The position numbers and the translations under genes are program-made. This document shows positions 24,633 to 37,576 of a DNA stretch of 64,000 nt, in pieces. The notes beneath the pieces are model-generated. The model ran no database searches, was not told the DNA's origin, and was given only the letters and a program-made list of their open reading frames with translations. The stretch lies in assembly GCF_018977255.1 (NCBI RefSeq), contig NW_024704743.1, forward strand, positions 85,128,001 through 85,192,000. The letters run 5' to 3'. Every line of letters begins with the position of its first letter. Positions within the stretch are counted from its first letter, which is position 1. Source of the DNA: Callorhinchus milii. Its lineage: Eukaryota.

Positions 24633-26664
24633 ATTGAACCAATGGTACTCATCTTAATTAAAACAAAATGCGACTGAAAAATAAAGTTCAAACATGTGAA
24701 ACCATTGTAGCGCAATCTGTTGATTCTCTTACTCTAATAAATGCAAACTATGATAAAAGATTTCGTACTGACGGATGGATTCATTGCCATCTATTCCATA
24801 ATACTTTAGTTATTGTAACATTGTGATTGACTTATTAAGATTGCATTAACAGCAGTTTAATTGTTTGCTCTCTCTTCCCCCCTTTGTTGTATGCAGTAAT
24901 GTTCCATGGGCTCTAGTCGTCGCCGTCCCCCACCCCGGTTCCTCATCAGAGTAATCATTCTGTGTCAACCCAGATAGTGAATGGCATCAGATTATGCAGC
25001 CATGTGGGATCCTACACTAAGACTAAGCCTGATCCTTTCCTCACTGATGTGTATGTACATCTGGACACTTTCTAGCAGGAAACACCAGGTAGTGACAAGC
25101 AGTCACAAGTATGGCAGATCTATGGAAACGCTGTTTCAGTGAGCGAAGAGTAAACCTGTGGAATAAGTTCCCTGGGGAGATGGTTAAAGCAGGAAATATT
25201 GATTCCTTCAAACACAGATTATTTCTTTTAGGAAATAACATTATCGGATATAGTACATAGGTAGTTCGAGACATATGTGCATGCAAACTCCAGGAAGGTG
25301 GAAGGCGAACTAGATGGATCTTAGTTTTTTTTGTCTAGCATTTCTTATGTTCCATAACCCCAGAAACTCATATTGCAGAAACCCTACCTCGCTGACTGAG
25401 TTAAATAAACAAATGTATCAAAACTTTTTGACGGTAGATCTTAAATGCCATTATTTAATCCAAGGAATACAGGATGCATTAAATTTAAACAATTGGGAAA
25501 TTAAGTTAAAACAATCTTAATGCACATTTTGACTATTTAAACACTGAATGAAAGATTGGTAATACTATTCCGATTATTTCCTTGGTTTATCGATCCATGC
25601 ATGCAAATTCTGGAAAACGTTGCTCGTATCTTCTTATGACTCAATTTTTATTCATTATTATCAACTCTCTTCTCATCTCTATTGTGGTGGGATATGGTTC
25701 TGTGGAGCTCAGCCCCACCCAGGTACCTATTCTCATGACCAAGTCCACACGGGCCAAGATCACTGACAGTTTGACCAAGGAAAGCATTGCAGCCAAGTCC
25801 TATCCTGCGTTGGCCTGATGTCTGTGCATTTATGTTATAGCAGGCATCATTGCATGGCATTGAGGAAATGGCTGATTTTTGTTTTTATATCCCCCACCCC
25901 ACTTCATTTTTCTCACTCAGGAGAGAGAGCTAAGGCTAATTGCAATGCTGCACTGACTTCATCAGCACAGAGTGTAATTGGATCCTGTGATCTTATGACT
26001 GTGAGCCATTCCTATACCTGGCAATAGCTTTTCCTACTAAGCATCATGGGGGCAGGGTTCTGCATTATTTGACATTGTAACATGAATGACAACTTCTTGC
26101 TGGTCAGTCACATTGGGTGTTCCACATAGCCCTGCCTGCTGACTGGAGTGGCAAATGTGATTACATCTCCTTCTTGCCACCACTTCATCATTACTTTTTA
26201 ATGCCTTCCATTCCCATCTCTGACAGCTGAGATCCTGTGAATGCTTGAGCAAAAAAAGTGAGGAAAGAAACTGAATCAGAGATGAGCAAAAGTTCTGAGG
26301 GCAAACATTTTTTGTGTGTGATGTGTGCTCGCAAGTATGCGTAAAAATTGCCGGCTGGAAAAATAGAAGACAACACAATGGAAAAAAGGAAGAACGTGTC
26401 ACAGACAGAAGAAATTTGGAATCTGGAACAAGAAATGGACAGCAATGAAGCAATGTCACCTCCATTTGTATACATGCCTGGAGGATAACTGTGGATTGAC
26501 TGAGGTACTTGAGGAAGCCACAGAGTTTGCTGTGACAACTGTGGCAAACTAAGGAGCACACCAGGAAATTAAGGGATGTATAGTGGTCAACTCAGAATCA
26601 ATGACTGTACTGGCAGTTCATGCTTCAGACCAGTTTACTAACAGACCATTTCCTATTGTTACAG

Positions 26665-26806
26665 GAACGGAAAAAGTTCGGCAGGCACAAGCATGTAAGC
26701 TTCTTCATGTTGTAAACCCAGAATGGTTATGGAGCTGCCTGGAACGCTGGGAGAGAGTTGATGAGCAGCTCTTCCCACTGAAAGAAGACTATGTAAAAAC
26801 ACAAAG
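26665..26806 (+). CDS. CTDP1: CTDP1 coding exon (exon 9 equivalent), C-terminal part of BRCT domain
   Basis: TACTAAC branch site, ttacag acceptor, AG|gtattg donor; 142 nt; (G)TEKVRQAQACKLLHVVNPEWLWSCLERWERVDEQLFPLKEDYVKTQ(R) with BRCT WxxxC motif. Confidence 0.97.
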
Positions 26807-26849
26807 GTATTGAGGTTTACAGGATTATGTTTGTTGGTGCATTGGGTTC

Positions 26850-27120
26850 ATATTGGTCACTAACTCCATGGCTGTTTGTGGGATATTTGTGCATTTCGCC
26901 CACAAAATACGCAATCAATCCACTTTACAATATGTTCTGTGAAGCTCTTTGAGACTTTTTAACGACGTGATAAGGTGCCAGTATCAAATGCCAGGATTAT
27001 TATTATATATTGTGCACAATTGACTACCACGTTTCACCTGCAAAATACACAATCAATTCACTTAATGGTATAACCTTGAGACATCATTAGGCACTATATG
27101 TAAATGCAAGGATTATTATT
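26850..27120 (+). mobile_element. Two tandem SINE 3' fragments just downstream of exon 9
   Basis: Two degenerate copies of cgcccacaaaatac..gtgaagc..aaatgc(a)aggattatt. Confidence 0.65.
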
Positions 27121-27361
27121 TAGAAGTTAAGGTGAGCAGATTTCACTAGGATTGAGAAGGTTGTGGGGATGACCTGATAAATATCTTCAAGATCTAATGG
27201 GTTGTGATAGAGTAGCTAATAATAGAATATTTCTATTGATCTGTAATTATGAGAGAAACAAAAATTTAAGAGAAGTTGATCTGCTTGAAAGATGTACTAT
27301 GCGGATTGACTGGATTCTATCGTATCTCAGAAAGGGCCTTACACAAATATGTAAGATAATA

Positions 27362-27776
27362 AGATTACTAATCCTTGCATTTGACTTTTTGTGTCAGGAG
27401 GACGTCCCAAAGCTCTTCAAAGGATAATTTGCAAAGTGGAATGACTCTGTGTTTTGTGGGCGAACACAGCAGCCAATTTGGGTACACCAATGGCTTACGT
27501 GGAGTGAATAACTAATTTTATTTGCTGAATTGTTGGCCAGGGTACTGGGAGAAACTCCCTTCAAATAGTGGAATCTTTAATGTCCACCTGAACAGGCAGA
27601 CGATGCTTCAGTTTAATGTTTTCTCTGAAGGACGGCACTTCTGACAATGTAACGCAGCTCCACCACTGCACTGGAGTGTCAGCTTAGACTATATTGAGTT
27701 TCAAGGCCAGACTAGGGCTTGAACCCGGACGCTTCTGACTCAGAGGTGAGAGTACTACCAACTGAGCCAGGTTGAC
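27362..27776 (-). mobile_element. DeuSINE/SacSINE1-like SINE, near full length
   Basis: tRNA-like head, Deu-type core (tctgcctgttcaggtggacattaaagat on minus strand), L2-type tail. Confidence 0.8.
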
Positions 27777-29365
27777 ACAAGAGATGCTAAATGGCATAGA
27801 GAAAGAAAATGCTTGGGTAGCAGGACATGGGTTCAAGCTTGTGATAGGCAATTTTGAGATGGATAGAGGCATGATTGCTTTACTCAAAAGGGAATCATCA
27901 GCTGGAGTGGATTACCAGGCAAAGGTATTTGATGTGAGGACACTAATTTTAAGAACTAATTTTAAGAAACCGATTAGTGCAGTAATGTGAAGAGGGTAGA
28001 ATTGGTATTCTGGATGAAAGAAAATAGGCAAATAAATCTTCTTTATTTGAACATTATCTCTTGTCAAAGAGATCTGCACGTGGGCGATGTAGAATTGTAT
28101 CCAGAGATATCTATTCCCTCAATTTGAATCCTGCTTTGCGGCTTATCTGTCTGGCTATGGACCCAATTATCAATGCAAACAGCAGTAGAAAAGATAGCAT
28201 ACCTCTCAGTCTTTTCCTGTCATTTCAGCCTGGTTCAATTCATTCTGCAACATTCTTGTCTTTGGGTCAGAAGATTATGGGTTCAAGCTCCTTTGTTGGG
28301 CTCATTGTCTAGGCTGATACTCCATTACAGTACTGAAGGAGTATTGTATTGTTGGATGTACCTTCTTTCGGATGAGAAATTGTTCTCTCTACATGTTCAG
28401 GTATATGTTAAACATCTTATGACAGAGGAACATCGGCCCATTGAGTCTGTCCCACCACTTTCCAAGATTATGCCCGATCCGTAACTCAATTCCACCCCTC
28501 TGCCCTCTCCATATCTCCTGATACACCTGTTTATCAAGTATTTAACTATTTGCCTTTTAAATTCTTCAACTGGCTCTGCCTCCACTGCCCTCTGAGTGAA
28601 TTCTACATTCCCACCACCAGCATGAAAAAAACACAATAACAGTATTTGAGAAGTGAGCAGTGTTTCTCCTGCTACGCTGGTCAAGAATCCTCCAGATTAA
28701 TTTTCCATTCACTTTACAGCTGTTTTAAAATAACCTGATAAATGGCAGGCAATATGTCTTAAATTAGGTTAGTTCTAGTCTGACCAACCTCAAACTGTAT
28801 TCAGGAACTTATCTACTGAGAGTCCGTTTTAAATTGAACAATGCCATCTAAGTATTTTTATTTAATTTGATATCATTAGAATTAACTTTGCTAAGGGTTT
28901 ACTGTAGCAGCTGAATTTAATTAACTATTGCTGGTTGGTGTGATGAAAGGTACACTTATCTAAATCCTGTAATTTTTCAGTCTTGCTGCCAAGACTATTG
29001 TAGTGCAAATAATTAATGTACTTTTAACACTAGATCTATTCAAAGACAAAGAGATGCAGTGCAGATGGTTAATTCAGTTATGAAATATAAATTAAGTAAT
29101 AACTTGCTTTGCACTAAGCACTCTGGGACGCTACCCCGTGTGAAGGGCGCTATATAAATGCAACATGTTTTTGTAGATTAATCTTTTCTTCACTACTATG
29201 TATGCTTTGCATTTTTTTAAAGATTCTGAATTTGGAAACTGCCTTGTGTGATTTTTTGTTTGTCCCAATGTGATACAGGAAGCCTTGCTTTGATTTTGAT
29301 GGGCATTCTGATTGGATTGCTTGTTTCGTAAATTAAATTCTAACCTTGGTTTTATTTTTCTTCAG

Positions 29366-29596
29366 ATGCAACAGCCCTGCCAGTTTCCCCGAGATTCAAT
29401 GTGGTTTCCAAACACCATTGTTGCATCCTACCCCCATTCACCCCAAGACTCAGCCAGGCCCTGAAGTCCGCATTTATGATCCCAACACAGGAAAGCTAAT
29501 CCGAAAGGATTCTCAGGGAAACAGACAATCAACATATATCCAACCCCCAGCTCCACCTGTTACGTTACCAGTTCATGGAGAGCAGTCATCATTCAG
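29366..29596 (+). CDS. CTDP1: CTDP1 coding exon (exon 10 equivalent)
   Basis: Long pyrimidine tract, ttcag acceptor, AG|gtaata donor; 231 nt, phase 2-2; CNSPASFP...QPGPEVRIYDPNTGKLIR...EQSSF(R). Confidence 0.96.
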
Positions 29597-29707
29597 GTAA
29601 TATTCCTGAGCTAACTCAGAATTATGTTTATATTTTAAGACTTAGGTATACAATATGGAGCCTACTGAGTTCAGACATTTTTCTTTAAAATGTTAAAATT
29701 TAGGTGC

Positions 29708-30183
29708 CAGTTGGTAGCATTCTCGTTTCTAAGTCAGGAGGTTGTGGGTTCAAGCCCATGTCAGAACTTTGAACTCTAAGCTACCACCTCAATGCAGGGC
29801 TGGGGAATGCTGCTTTGTTAGAAGTGCAGACCTTTGGATGAAATGTTAAACCAAAGTCCTGTCTGCCTGTTCAGGTGGACGTTAAAGATCCCATGGCACT
29901 ATTCAAAATGAGAATGGAATTTCTCCTTGTGTCATGGCCAACAATCCCCTGAATAAAATTCATCATTCACTTCATTGGTGTGTGTAAATTGGCTGCTGGT
30001 TTGCCTACAAAGTACACTACACTAAACTGATAACCTGTGAAGCGCTTTGAGACTACCCCCTAATATAAAATATACAGTCAATTCACTTTTCAGTGTATTC
30101 TGTGAAATGCTTTGAGGTGTCTCAAAGTTGTGATAAGGCGTTATATCAAATACAAGGAGTATTATATCAAATGCAGGAGTTAT
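29708..30183 (+). mobile_element. DeuSINE/SacSINE1-like SINE followed by a SINE 3' fragment
   Basis: cagttggtagcattctcg..ggttcaagccc head; ggatgaaatgttaaaccaaagtcctgtctgcctgttcaggtggacgttaaagatcccatggcactatt core. Confidence 0.82.
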
Positions 30184-32594
30184 TGGTATTACAGAAACTC
30201 TTGTCTCCTGCTGTTGATTCAAATGCGCACTCAGGAAAATTCCTGTTGCTGGTTGCAATCACACAACTGAAGATTTCCTAAGAAATTTCACCCTCAGTCA
30301 GTATTAGTGCATGTGCAGTTATCTGGCATCTGGCAGCATTCTCCTGCACTCTAGCATTACAATTACCATGCTTTCCCAAACCACCCTTGTGGTTCGACTG
30401 TGGCACAGAGCCTCCAGTGTGGCATGGGTTCCATATCCTATTCACAAAGTGGTGCGGTGGCAAGTAATGACTGGTCGCTTGAGACAGGTATTTGTAGGGT
30501 GAGCTGGGTAACATGTAGCAAAAGAAAAACTGTATTAAAAGAGATGCGCTCAGAATAAATGGAATTATAAATGGAGTTCTCACCTCAAGAGTCCAATCTC
30601 AATTGTGCCTTCATAAGCAGTCCTGATTGGAGTCTGGCTTGTTCTCTACAATAACTGAAGCAGGATCAAAAGGTGTCACACCCGAGGTTTTCTCTTGTAC
30701 TTCCCAGTGACTAGTTTTCAACAACAATACAAACGTTTACATTTAATATGCATTTTTTTTATATAGCGCTTTTCATGTTGAGAGAATGACTTAAAGTGCT
30801 TTAGAAAGTCTGAGTGGGAGCCCCGAGCTGGGAGGAAGCTAGGATTGGGTGTGGAGGTTTGGAAGAAAGCAGCCGAAAGTCAATGAATTAGTCTTGAGCT
30901 GGGATTTGATAGCAAAGAAGGAAGAGCCGGAGTGTGGAGAGAATTTAGGGAGAGAATTCCAGAAGGTTGCAGCGAAGTGTCTGAAGACCCAGAGCCCTCA
31001 TCTGACTTTAATTGGGATGGTGAGTGGCATGAGAGAAGGTCCTTATATTTTTAAAACAAAGGGAGAGAAAAGAATATCGTCCTCAACAGAGCTCTGAAGA
31101 CTGGATAGTAGCAGTTCAATAAATTACTATTTTCTACAATACAATTGTTTAAGAAAGAATGTTGGAGTGACGTACAGAAAGAGCAGAAAGTCTTGAAATA
31201 TCCACTACTTTTATACTAGAATATGTGTTCTGGCTACATTTAAGTGTGGAAGCATGGATATGAACTGTGAGAACAGGAGCTAGCGATGATTATGTAGAAT
31301 GTATCTTATTACTGTAAGTGCAGTGGTTGATCTGTTTTTGGATGTAATTGCCAAAGTGACATTTGAGTGCTAGAATGTGAAGAGCATGTTCATTAATGGA
31401 ATGGGGGGAGGGAGGGTTTGAGTGCATGGATTTCTGGGGGAAGAACCAGAGTAGTTGCTACGAGTTGAATAGGTGACTTAAATGCCATGCTTCGGTTGTA
31501 CAGTGTGTGGGCAGCTTTTGAATTAAGACAATTAACTCAAGCTTAATTAATTAATGTGTTTATACGTTCAGTAAATGACTAATAACTGAAGATGATGTGT
31601 TATTTTAAATTGCTGTGGCAACATGGGAAGGCAATAGAAAATATAGTCTTGTTCCTGATTCTGACAAGGACTCTGCCCCCTCCCCCCAAAACATAAGTTA
31701 GGTCATCTGTTTCATATTCTATTTCTGTACACTTATGACTTTTTTTGCTGAAAAGTGTATTTCCAAAATATCCATTTTTTTGTTCGAATCAGAGGCAGTA
31801 ATGAAATGGCATAGATTAAAAAAAAAAGAATTTAGCATGTTTGTGTTTATATTATCTGGTGCCTTGCTTGCATCTAAAATGTTTTCTCATATTAAAGAAT
31901 GTATAAAACTTGCAAGCCTGGAACTCGTGCACTCTGATGTAATAGAGCATTAGACTTTAAGTGCTTAAATAGCCAACATAACCTTGCAGAGTTACTTACT
32001 AAAAGGTGGACACATTGTAATGTGTACTGGATGCCTATTACTGTGCTGTTAGTAATTGTTACTTATACCCAGTGGAAGTCGAACTCCTGAGATAGGCATG
32101 GCTGTAAAGAATAAAACAGTGTAGCTGGTCACCAACAAATTTGGTTTATTCCAAGCATTGTTGGTTCAGAAACTCGGTAACAAATAAAAGGTCCTGCAAT
32201 ATTTACTGAAGATGAAAAGGGATGCCAAGATATTGGTTTCAGCAATTGATTGAAGACTTTGTAAAATGGAAGAGCGAAAATGTGTTGCTTAGTAATTAAG
32301 CAACACGCTTAGTATTTCTGTGCTGCCAATCAGTCTTAATCATGAAGCCATTACCACACATTTAACACTTCTGATATTTAGTTTACGTGTTTGACATTGC
32401 GTATGTTTATGGCGTGATGCCGCAGAGAGTGAATGGGGTGGCTTCACTCCCAACAATTCAGTATACGACAAGTTTTCAATTCACAACTGAGCATAGAGTA
32501 TCACCAGAAGCGAGACAGCAATCTAAGGGTAAGTGGTTGCATATAGGGAGAGAAAATAGTAGAGGTGGTTGGTCATTCATCCAGCCTTGAGGGA

Positions 32595-32687
32595 GGGGGT
32601 CAATTACATACTCTGGTGAGGGGGTCAGTTACACACTCTGATGAGGAGATCAGTTACACACTCTGGTGAGGGGGTCAGTTACACACC
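32595..32687. repeat. 25-bp minisatellite, ~3.7 copies
   Basis: Unit gggggtcagttacacactctggtga. Confidence 0.85.
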
Positions 32688-33412
32688 CAGCAGTAAGGGA
32701 TTGGTTACTTTCTCATGGTTCTTGACAATCTTTAGGAAAGGAGATGACAAGCCAGCAGTGCTGAAATCCTGTCATTACCCTGACAGGGTGGGCTCAGTTT
32801 ACCCCCAGTCGGAGAGTGTGGCAGCAATGCAGCTGGCGACTGTTGGATGTGTAGTCTATCTTGCTGTTGCCTCTGGAGGCCGGATACGGAACCACATTTG
32901 GAGTTGATGGTGGAAACTGTCAAGTGGGAACCTTGTTTATTTTACAGCACTGATCGCTGAAAGCAGGGCTGATGTTTATGGCAGTCCTGGGGGCTAATCC
33001 TCGCAGCACTCTGAAGTTTTGTATATTTGTTGTTGCCGTTGTTATTCTAGTGTAGGCAGAGTTCCATTTTATTCCAGGCACCTAATAGGGCTGTTATTGT
33101 ACTGGTATAATTGCAGCATCATTTCCTTAGAGCCAGAAGTAAAAGCTCGTATAAACTCTTCATTCATTTTAAAGCCCACATCAGTTCAATGATTCATTCG
33201 AGTATCACTGGTGGAGCAAACACTGAAATTAAAGGAAGTTGAGTCTTACATGTATAAATACCCTAATAATCCAGCATACATAAAGTGTATGGTCTACCTT
33301 ATCTTTCTCTCTCATTCTCCTTTTACTCTTCTATTTCATATTTCTTTCATGTTTAATTAGACAATTTTTAGTGTGGATGTGCAGTGCTTGTTCAGAACTT
33401 TGTGCAGGTTCT

Positions 33413-33792
33413 GTGCGGTCCTGTAGCTCAGTGGTTTGAACACTCATCCCGCAAACAACAGACCTGGGATTGATTCCCTCGTAGGGCAAAACGTTAGGCA
33501 AGTTTCCTTACTCCAGACGCCTCTATTTACCTAGCAATACGTAGGAACCCAGTCTTTAGTCAATTGGAGGATTGCTTTTCCGGAGATAATAATCCCTTCA
33601 AAATAAATAAATAGTAATTTGGTCACTCAATCCGCAACTGTTTGTGGAACACTGCTATGCGTAATAGGCTGCTGCGTTTTGCCCACAAAATATACAGTCA
33701 ATTCACTTTACAGTATATTCTGTGAAGCGCTTTGAGACGCCTCGAAAACTGTAATAAGTTGATATATCAAATGCGAGAATTATTATTATATT
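33413..33792 (+). mobile_element. tRNA-Ala-headed SINE, long form
   Basis: Same family as 5868-6240, includes the middle segment. Confidence 0.9.
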
Positions 33793-34038
33793 ATTGATTC
33801 ACATGGTCCTGTGGGAACAATAATAAAAAAGCATTTTGGAGAAAATAATCCAAATAATACATTACTCTGTATTTCTTAATTTGATTGTAATGTGTAATTA
33901 AACTCTTCTAAGTCATTACAAAACGTCATATTTTCCAAACAAAATTTTACTTGCCATCCTAGAAGGGCAATTGTTGATATAAACTTGTATTCATATTTCT
34001 GGTACAATTTATATTAAATGCATTAAGTGTTCCTGTGC

Positions 34039-34366
34039 ATAATAATAATATAATAATAATAATCCTTACATTTGATCTAGCGCTTTTCACGTCGGGAGGA
34101 CGTCCCAAAGAACTTCACAGAACACACTGTAAAGTGAATTGACTGTATATTTGTGGGCGAACGTGGCAGCCAATTGCGCACAGCAATGTCCCACAAACAG
34201 TCGTAGATTGAAAATGACCAATTTATTATTGTTTTTGGTTTTGGAGGGATTATTATTAGGCGTGTGGAGTAAGGAAACTTGCCCAAGGTTTCGCCCTGCC
34301 TGGAATTGAACTCAGGTCTCTCGCTTGCAAAGCGAGTGCTCTAACCACTGAGCTACAGGACTCCAC
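34039..34366 (-). mobile_element. tRNA-Ala-headed SINE, short form, young
   Basis: Full head to (att)n tail, ~98% identical to 19672-19997. Confidence 0.93.
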
Positions 34367-34724
34367 TGTAAGTATGCTCGGTCAAAATGCAGCAGAAAAT
34401 TGGTCAGAGGCACTAATGGTAGCAGTTTGTATGCTGCCATTAGTGCCTCTGTGTGAGGTGTTTGTGGTGACTCACTATTCCCCTGACTATTTCTTACTGT
34501 TTATCACTTATGGAGCTGCACATCTTGCCATTGAGTCTTTTCTGTTGAATGACTGATGACTCGACTTTCCACAGGGGCTGACTGACTATATGGGAAATCG
34601 GGAAATTTCCCAAGTGCTCCATGATGGTTCCTGGTACTTAATGCCCCGTGCGGTTTTGTTCAGAAGTTCCATTTAAGCCTTGACAACCTTTTTAAACATC
34701 CAGAGGTTTCATCTCGGAACGGAT

Positions 34725-35053
34725 CGATTTCAAGATCCAAACACTTGTTTTCAAATCCCTTCATGCCCTAGCATCTCACTACTCCTCCGACCTGCTTACT
34801 CCCTAACCCACTACCCGCTGCGTCCACTCGACTGGCTCTGGCCTCCTGTGTGTCCCTCGTGCCTTCCACTCCACCATTGGTGGCTGCACTTTCAGCCATT
34901 ACATCCCGAAACTCTGGAAAACTGTTCCTCTGTTCCCTCCATCTTGCCCCTTCCTTCCCCATCTTCAGGTTGCACCTGTCCAGCTCCGCCACTGTCAAGC
35001 GCTCTGGGATGCTACCCTGTTTGAGGGGCATTATATAAATGCAAGTTGTTGTT
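34725..35053 (+). mobile_element. L2-type LINE 3' fragment
   Basis: ttcaagatc..ttttcaaatcccttcatg..ctctggaa; tail gcgctctgggatgctacc..aaatgcaagttgttgtt. Confidence 0.8.
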
Positions 35054-35384
35054 TATACTGAATCAGTGCCCCCCACAATTCAACACTCATTTTACCTGAC
35101 AATTCCGATCCTTTTCGGGAGCCAAACCACCACTAACCTTTCCAAACATTCTACATTGCAGCTTGCCTGGCCTGTTTAGTAACAGTTAATTCTAGGCTTT
35201 CTTCTCTATATAGAAATTACTCTTAAATCACACAATATAAAGTTAAACATTTTATTTTGTTGTATATAGCGCCTTTCAGGTCAGGAGCACATCTCAAGGC
35301 GTTGGGTAGTGGAGAAGGATAGCGTGGTGATGATCCCTTGAATCATAACCCAAGAGGGAAAGAGAAAGCAAAGTAAAATTTTTA

Positions 35385-36072
35385 TTGTTTCATACATGTT
35401 AAATTTTATTAAAGCTTAGTTAGACCACATTTGGAGTACTGTGTACAGTTCTGGTCACCATACTACAAAAATCATTTGGTGGTAATGGAGAGAGTGCAGT
35501 GTAGATTTAACAAAGAGCTATCAGAAATGAGAGGATTCAACTTATCAGTAAAGACTGGTCAGGTTACAGCTTTTTTCCCCCACTTAGATGAGACTTTTTG
35601 CACAAAGAGTGCTGAGAATGTGGAACTCCCTGCTAGAAGCCCTGGTTAAAGCAACAACAACAACAAGATTCCATTTATAAAGCGCCTTTCACGTCAGGAG
35701 GACGTCCCAAGGCGCTGCACAGTTGGGTCATGACCCGAGCAGGGGGGAAATGGTCAGGGTGAGGGGAGGGAAGGGAGGGAGCGAGGAGGGGGGAAATGGT
35801 CAGGGTGAGGGGAGGGAAGGGAGGGAGCGAGGAGGGGGGAAATGGTCAGGGTGAGGGGAGGGAAGGGAGGGAGCGAGGAGGGGGAAGAGAGTCGAAAGCA
35901 GAAAGCACCAGTGCATTTAAGAGGAAACTCGATGCCTACATGAGAAATGGAGTGGGGGTGGGAGAGAGCAAGAGGCTAGCAGGCAAAGTTATGATGGATA
36001 GAGGCTCATGTGGAGTGAAACATCAGCACTGAGCAGTTGGACCAAATGGCCTGTTTTGTTGTAGACTCTGTG
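35385..36072 (+). mobile_element. CR1 3' fragment interrupted by an L2 tail insertion
   Basis: [22 protein letters not shown]; continues after 35900 as ESTSAFKRKLDAYM and 3' UTR aaatggcctg. Confidence 0.8.
35654..35894 (-). mobile_element. 5'-truncated L2 3' end with internal 46-bp triplication
   Basis: (caa)n tail; flanked by aaagca duplication (35648-53, 35895-900); homologous to 54280-54432 where the unit is single. Confidence 0.88.
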
Positions 36073-36342
36073 AGAAAATTCTTCAACATGAAAGCTTGCA
36101 ATGATGAAAGGGAAAGGTATTGAGGCAGATCTTACAACCCATTAGCCCTAGTGCTGCTTCGCCAGCTGAGATATATTATAGCTGACTGCAATTATTTATT
36201 AGCATGGACTATAACTGGAACCTGTGGCATTCTAGTCTATGGCTTTACATCCTGCCCCATTAGTGGGGCCTTTTCATTTTTATGTGGAGATTGAACTATG
36301 TTTAAAGAATGAGGGTGAAGAGAGATGATCTGACATTCATTC

Positions 36343-36669
36343 GTGGAGTCCTGTAGCTCAGTAGTTAGAGCACTCGCTTTGCAAGTGAGAGACCTGAGTT
36401 CAATTCCAGGCAGGGCGAAACCTTAGGCAAGTTTCCTTACTCCACACAGAGCCTAATTATAATCCCTCCAAAAAAACAAAAACAATAATTAAATTGGTCA
36501 TTTTCAATCTACGACTGTTTGTGGAACATTGCTGTGCGCAATTGGCTGCCGCGTTCGCCCACAAATATACAGTCGATTCACTTTACAGTGTGTTCTGTGA
36601 AGCGCTTTGGGACGTCCTCCCGACGTGAAAAGCGCTATATCAAATGCAAGGATTATTATTATTATTATT
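36343..36669 (+). mobile_element. tRNA-Ala-headed SINE, short form, young
   Basis: gtggagtcctgtagctcag head to (att)n tail; reverse-complement homolog of 34039-34366. Confidence 0.93.
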
Positions 36670-37036
36670 GCTAGCCAATAATTTATACAAACTTCATCAC
36701 ATTTCCAGTTAAAGATTTGTTACAATCCATTGGATTGAAGCTTCCACAATCTCTATCACATACTTTGATTAATGACTGAGAGTTTTCATATGTAGAATTT
36801 ATATTCTGTGACAAGCTTAAAAATATATTCTCATTATTTCTCACCCCCCAGTACCCTGTACACAGAAGAAAGTAGGATTATAATTGCCTCTGTTTTGCAC
36901 AATTGTCCTGTGAATGACTTTATCAAAAAAAAATTGCAATTTAGCCAAATTTTGCAAACACCATAAAAGACAAGGAGACACAATTCCCTAGTAGATTGAC
37001 TCAGAGATCTTTGTTGTGACCTTCATAAACCTATTC

Positions 37037-37419
37037 ATAATAATAATAATCCTTGAAATTGATACGTTGCCTTATCATGCCTTTGAGACGTCTCAGAGCG
37101 CTTCACAGAATATACTGTAAAGTGAATTGACTGTACACTTTGTGGGAAACCAGAACGCGGCAACTAATTGCGTACAACAGTGTCCCACAAACAGTCGTGG
37201 ATTGAGTGACCAATTTAAAAACAATAAAAAAATTTAAGGGATTATTACCCCCGGAAAAGCAATCCGCCCAATGACTAACAACCAGGTTCCTACTTACTAC
37301 TGGCTAAACAGAAGTGTGTGGTGTAAGGAAATTTGCCCAATGTTTCACCCTGCTGGGGATCAAACCCAGGTCTCTCGCTTGCGAGGTGTGTGCTCTAACC
37401 ACTGAGGTACAGGACTCCA
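37037..37419 (-). mobile_element. tRNA-Ala-headed SINE, long form
   Basis: Full head, middle segment and tail on the minus strand. Confidence 0.9.
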
Positions 37420-37576
37420 TGCTCTTAAATGCTCTTGGACTCCTGGTATCTCATCCATCCCCATTTTGCTGCTTGGATGCTTCACTCTTCCAACTCATGT
37501 CTGCTGTACATCACTCACTTTTACCATCAGTGGCTGAGCTTTCAGACAGTGAAACTCTCAAAAAATCTGTACCCTC

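Noticed and set aside
26037..26561. 174-aa and 122-aa minus-strand ORFs and a purine-rich plus-strand stretch before exon 9
   Set aside because: No recognisable domain, stops in the plus frames, no convincing splice sites
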